NCBI GenBank assembly: GCA_021162365.1
Contig: JAGGYW010000014.1
Location: 2,518-66,517, forward strand
Length of the DNA stretch: 64,000 nt
Origin: Nanobdellota archaeon
GTDB lineage: Archaea > Nanobdellota > Nanobdellia > CSSed11-243R1
Direction: 5' to 3'
Shown: piece after piece, positions 60,355-64,000 of the stretch
How the letters are laid out: each line of letters opens with the position of its first letter
How positions within the stretch are numbered: position 1 is the stretch's first letter
Made by a program: the position numbers and the translations under genes
The notes under the pieces: model-generated
What the model was told of the DNA's origin: nothing
The model's input: the letters and a program-made list of their open reading frames with translations, nothing else
Databases searched by the model: none

Positions 60355-61560
60355 TTACAACTTAAGATCTGCTTTTAAGATCTCTTCAATCTTATTAACA
60401 ATTTCATCAGACACACTTAAACTTATCTCCCTTGTTCTTCCATATCTCCCTTTTGAAATTACCTTTGCATTAATTATTCCAAGCATATCTAATTCAGATA
60501 TTAAATCGGATACTCTCCTTTGTGTTAAAGGTTTTGTTGCAGTCCTAATACAAATGCTTTTGTAAACATCATAAATTTCCCCTGTATAAACTGGGGGTTC
60601 TCTACTCTTTAAAATAAGGATCGCGGCATAAAGCACAGATTGTGACTGCATAGGCAAATTCTTTACAACCTCCTCTATTGTTTCCTTCTCAATTTTTTCT
60701 TCTGCAGCATCAACATCTCTTTCATCGATTCTGTCTTTTCCTGCCCTCTCAGCAATTTCACCAGCAACCCTAAGCAAGTCTAAAGCTCTTCTTGCATCTC
60801 CATGTTCCCTTGCAGCATACGCAGCACACTTCGCAATCACAGATTCTGAGATCACACCATCGTTAAATGCAATTTTTGCCCTTTCAGTTAGAATATCTTT
60901 AAGTTGTATTGCATCATATGGTGGAAAAACCATTTCCTCTTCATTTAAAGAGGATTTAACCCGTGGATCCAAGTTGTTCATAAAAAGAACATCGTTAGAT
61001 ATGCCAATTATGTTAAGTTTTGCATTCTTTAATTCTTGATTTATTCTTGTCAAATTATAAAGGACCTCATCACCAACCTTTTTTACAAGCTGGTCAACTT
61101 CATCTAAGATTAAAATTATAACCCTCTCTTCTTTATCTATTGCTTCAAAAAATATTTTATAAACTTCATCAGTTGGTAGCCCTGTTGCAGGTATTTCCTG
61201 ACCGAACTCCCTTGCAAGCTGTGCAATTAATCTATATTCTGTATCTGCAACTTTTCTCATCTTACAATTCACATACACAACCTTTAGTGGCACTTTCTTT
61301 GACTCTGCAATCTTGCTAAGCTGAGAACAAACATAATTTGTACATAATGATTTACCAGAGCCAGTTTTCCCATAGATAAACACGTTTGACGGCTTCTCCA
61401 ATCTCAAAGCGGGCGCCAATATTTTTGCGAGCATGGCAATCTGGTCTTCTCTATGTGGTATATTATCAGGAGTATATTTTATTGTAAGAGCATCCTTATT
61501 AGCAAATATTGATTGCTTATTCAGAAACTCCTCAAAGATTTTATCTACGGCTACCCCCAT
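60355..61560 (-). CDS. cdc6: Orc1/Cdc6 replication initiator
   Basis: YGKTGSGKS, ILDEVD, GDARRALDLLR, C-terminal wH with GRYGRTR. Confidence 0.95.
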   Translation of the reverse strand: MGVAVDKIFEEFLNKQSIFANKDALTIKYTPDNIPHREDQIAMLAKILAPALRLEKPSNVFIYGKTGSGKSLCTNYVCSQLSKIAESKKVPLKVVYVNCKMRKVADTEYRLIAQLAREFGQEIPATGLPTDEVYKIFFEAIDKEERVIILILDEVDQLVKKVGDEVLYNLTRINQELKNAKLNIIGISNDVLFMNNLDPRVKSSLNEEEMVFPPYDAIQLKDILTERAKIAFNDGVISESVIAKCAAYAAREHGDARRALDLLRVAGEIAERAGKDRIDERDVDAAEEKIEKETIEEVVKNLPMQSQSVLYAAILILKSREPPVYTGEIYDVYKSICIRTATKPLTQRRVSDLISELDMLGIINAKVISKGRYGRTREISLSVSDEIVNKIEEILKADLKL

Positions 61561-61609
61561 CACTTTTTCTCAAAACAAGATTATTTAAATCCTTTTGTAT
61601 ACTCTAGAA

Positions 61610-62045
61610 TATGTTCCACACGAAATAAATATGTCTAAAAAACTTCACAAGTGGAGCTTACACATACCTTTGTTTCCTGTGGAAAAGAATAAAGAATTCT
61701 GGCACAAAAACAAAAATTTTCTATTACTTTCATCCAAAGGGTGTATGTTTCCTGTGAAAATAAGAAAAGACTTGACTTTAAACGAAACAAAGGTGAATAT
61801 TAATCTTACATAAGCAGAATTAAAAATCTTAAATAGAAATTCATTATTTTTTCAAATGCAGCTTATTTTTTGCTTCTTTTATTTATTATCTATATTGAAA
61901 ATAAATATATAATATATATAATAGAGTGAATAAAAACAAAAAATGGAAATTTCCACTGGAAATAAGGGGGAGGTCTAAATTTTGTTCCAAAAGAATAAAA
62001 GGGGTGTATTTTAAATTCCAAAAGAAATAAAGGGGTGTATTGCTT
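61610..62045. other. Probable replication origin (oriC) with ORB boxes flanking an AT-rich DUE
   Basis: TTTCCACTGGAAATAAGGGGG at 61950-61970 (+), TTTCCACAGGAAACAAAGG at 61667-61685 (-), weaker boxes at ~61613, 61745, 61984 and 62016; AT-rich ~61820-61945; directly upstream of cdc6-DP1-DP2. Confidence 0.85.
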
Positions 62046-62105
62046 TCTTTTTTAATCAAAGTTTTTAAAAATTGATTTTTTTATTTCAACCCTTTCTAAA
62101 GGAAA

Positions 62106-62672
62106 TTATGGTGTGTGGGTGTTGAAGAGATCATGTAATTTATTTATCTTTGCTTTTAGGATCTGGTTCTTGCCCACCTTCTCTTTAAGCCAATCCTTTA
62201 ACAACTCAATTTTCTTTTTCAGGGCGTGCTCCCCTTTTATCTTTTCTTCATATTTTAAACGAACTTTGATATTGTTAAATTTTTTAATTTCTTCTTCAAG
62301 GCGGATGATTTGTTTCTTAATTTCTTCCTCCCAATTTATGTCTGCTTTTTCCTCTTTTAATTCTTCAAGCTTTTTCTTTTCTTTTTCCTTTAGTTGCTTT
62401 GGAAATATTGCATATGGTCCTAGTGTGTAGTACTTATGTTCTGCTTCTTCACCCCAGGTGAACATACCTTTCTCTCTTTTTACATCAACAACAATATACT
62501 CTCCAAGTTCGACCCCTTTCTTTAGATTGTAATAAAGATTTCTTAATGAGATATAGCCAAAAACATTTCTATAAATTTTGTAAATTTGATAACCATAGCT
62601 TATATTCAGATGTTGTAAAATAACCGCAATTCTCTCCCGGATGTCAGTTTTTACTGGTCTCCCCCTTGGCAT
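62106..62672 (-). CDS. Origin-adjacent winged-helix protein
   Basis: MPRGRP start; SYGYQIYKIY...LRNLYYNLKKG PadR-like wHTH; C-terminal coiled coil. Confidence 0.7.
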   Translation of the reverse strand: MPRGRPVKTDIRERIAVILQHLNISYGYQIYKIYRNVFGYISLRNLYYNLKKGVELGEYIVVDVKREKGMFTWGEEAEHKYYTLGPYAIFPKQLKEKEKKKLEELKEEKADINWEEEIKKQIIRLEEEIKKFNNIKVRLKYEEKIKGEHALKKKIELLKDWLKEKVGKNQILKAKINKLHDLFNTHTP

Positions 62673-62791
62673 GCTTTTAGATGGTATTTTCTTACTTTAA
62701 TTTTTTTCTATATTGAAAATAAATATGTAAAAAACCAACCAAAAACAAACCTTTTTATAATTCAAACTCAAACAATACTTTGGGTGCCACT

Positions 62792-63814
62792 ATGTTAAAA
62801 ATTCCTATATCTGAAATTATAAGCCGAATAAAAGAGAAGACAGGATTAGATGAGAAAGTAATTGAGAAAAAAATTGACGACAAGGTTGAAGAACTCTCAG
62901 GTCTTGTTTCTCGCGATGGGGCGGCACACATAGTCGCTAATGAGTTTGGTATTCAGCTTTTCAAGACAACTGAAACAGGATTACTTAAAATTAAAAATAT
63001 TCTGCCTGGATTGAAAACAGCATCTGTTGTTGGTAGGGTTCTAAGAATTTATCCTGTTAGAGTGTTTACGACTAAAAAGGGCAATGAAGGTAAGGTTGTT
63101 TCTTTTTTAATTGGCGATGCAACAGGAAGAATAAGAATTGTTTTTTGGGATACAAATCAGATAAAGCTAATTGAGGAAGGTAAGTTAAGCGAGGGAGATA
63201 TAATCAAAATAACTAACGCATATGTTAAAGAAGGAATAAATGGATTGGAACTTCACGCCCGTTCAGCAAGTTTAATTGAAGTTAACCCAAATATTCCAGA
63301 GGCAAAAGAAATACCCCCTCTCGATGAATTGTGGCAGCTGAGTGAAAGAGTGTCAATTAAAAACATAACTGATGAAGGAGTTTACGAAATTCGCGGCGCT
63401 GTAGTAAATATATTGGAAAATAACCCCTTCTTTGATGTTTGCCCCATCTGTAAAAAAAGAACACACGACGGTTTTTGTAGCGAGCATGGCAGAGTTGAAC
63501 CAAAGAAATCTATGTTTATCTCAACAATAGTTGATGACGGGACAGATAACATGAGAGTTGTGTTTTTCGGCAAGCAAGCAGAGCAACTAATAGGTATGTC
63601 CTCTGAAGAGGCATATAACTTATCAAAAGAGCACAACGATCCATTCTATCCAATAGAAGTGAAAAAAATTGACATACTCGGCAGGGAATTAGTAATTGAA
63701 GGTAAGGTTTCTAAGAATGATTTCTCTGGCGAGTTAGAGATGATTGCAAGAAGATTAACCACACCTAATCCAATAGTTGAGTCTAAGAAACTTATGAAAG
63801 AGTTGGAAAAATGA
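62792..63814 (+). CDS. rpa: Replication protein A (OB folds plus Zn finger)
   Basis: DATGRIRIVFW, CPIC...CSEHG, DDGTDNMRVVFF. Confidence 0.88.
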   Translation: MLKIPISEIISRIKEKTGLDEKVIEKKIDDKVEELSGLVSRDGAAHIVANEFGIQLFKTTETGLLKIKNILPGLKTASVVGRVLRIYPVRVFTTKKGNEGKVVSFLIGDATGRIRIVFWDTNQIKLIEEGKLSEGDIIKITNAYVKEGINGLELHARSASLIEVNPNIPEAKEIPPLDELWQLSERVSIKNITDEGVYEIRGAVVNILENNPFFDVCPICKKRTHDGFCSEHGRVEPKKSMFISTIVDDGTDNMRVVFFGKQAEQLIGMSSEEAYNLSKEHNDPFYPIEVKKIDILGRELVIEGKVSKNDFSGELEMIARRLTTPNPIVESKKLMKELEK

Positions 63815-64000
63815 AAATAAAAATTTCAACACCTGTTTATCCTACCGAAGATGAGGATAAAATTGTTTCTGCACTCGAAAAGTTTTTCCCAATTAAGTTT
63901 AAGAAGAGAAAAGACACAATTATTGGGGAGGCCACAGACATCGAAGTTCTTAAGGAGTTAAAGCAAAAGATCCAAGATACTCGTATAAAAAACACAGTTT
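63811..64000 (+). CDS. UPF0201/DUF54 family protein (3' end outside window)
   Basis: MKIKISTPVYPTEDEDKIVSALEKFFP matches the V.PTED..KV..A..N.FP pattern. Confidence 0.75.
   Translation, partial: MKIKISTPVYPTEDEDKIVSALEKFFPIKFKKRKDTIIGEATDIEVLKELKQKIQDTRIKNTV

Noticed and set aside
55446..61560. Possible inteins in DP2 or Cdc6 (also checked LonB)
   Set aside because: Lengths are normal and conserved motifs such as RRNCDGDE are uninterrupted

Overview
AT-rich, gene-dense window from an archaeal chromosome, most consistent with a DPANN (Nanoarchaeota/Nanobdellota-like) lineage; this placement is inferred from gene content. It holds housekeeping genes: TruD, glycosyltransferases, an S-layer protein, split Hef, TldD/TldE, LonB, ScpA/ScpB/SMC, Cdc48, a type IV pilus locus, DnaG, aCPSF1, proteasome beta, SerRS, PINA, PolD DP2/DP1, Cdc6, a probable oriC with ORB boxes, and RPA. 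The most unusual signal is non-coding. All five tRNA genes are interrupted (10 introns in total, up to 3 per tRNA, several at non-canonical positions). Eight of these introns are built from one ~40-55 nt tripartite element: a pyrimidine arm followed by two purine arms separated by a CGTGCAC-like spacer. The same element also occurs free-standing at intergenic 3' ends. Other notable items: an SRP RNA without helix 6, a two-hairpin H/ACA guide RNA, a structured dnaG leader, a decayed LAGLIDADG gene overlapping tRNA-iMet, a pilin apparently split across opposite strands, paired operators upstream of an HTH-cdc48 operon, and a KKKKTT-repeat peptide. All calls come from reading the sequence by eye; no searches were run.
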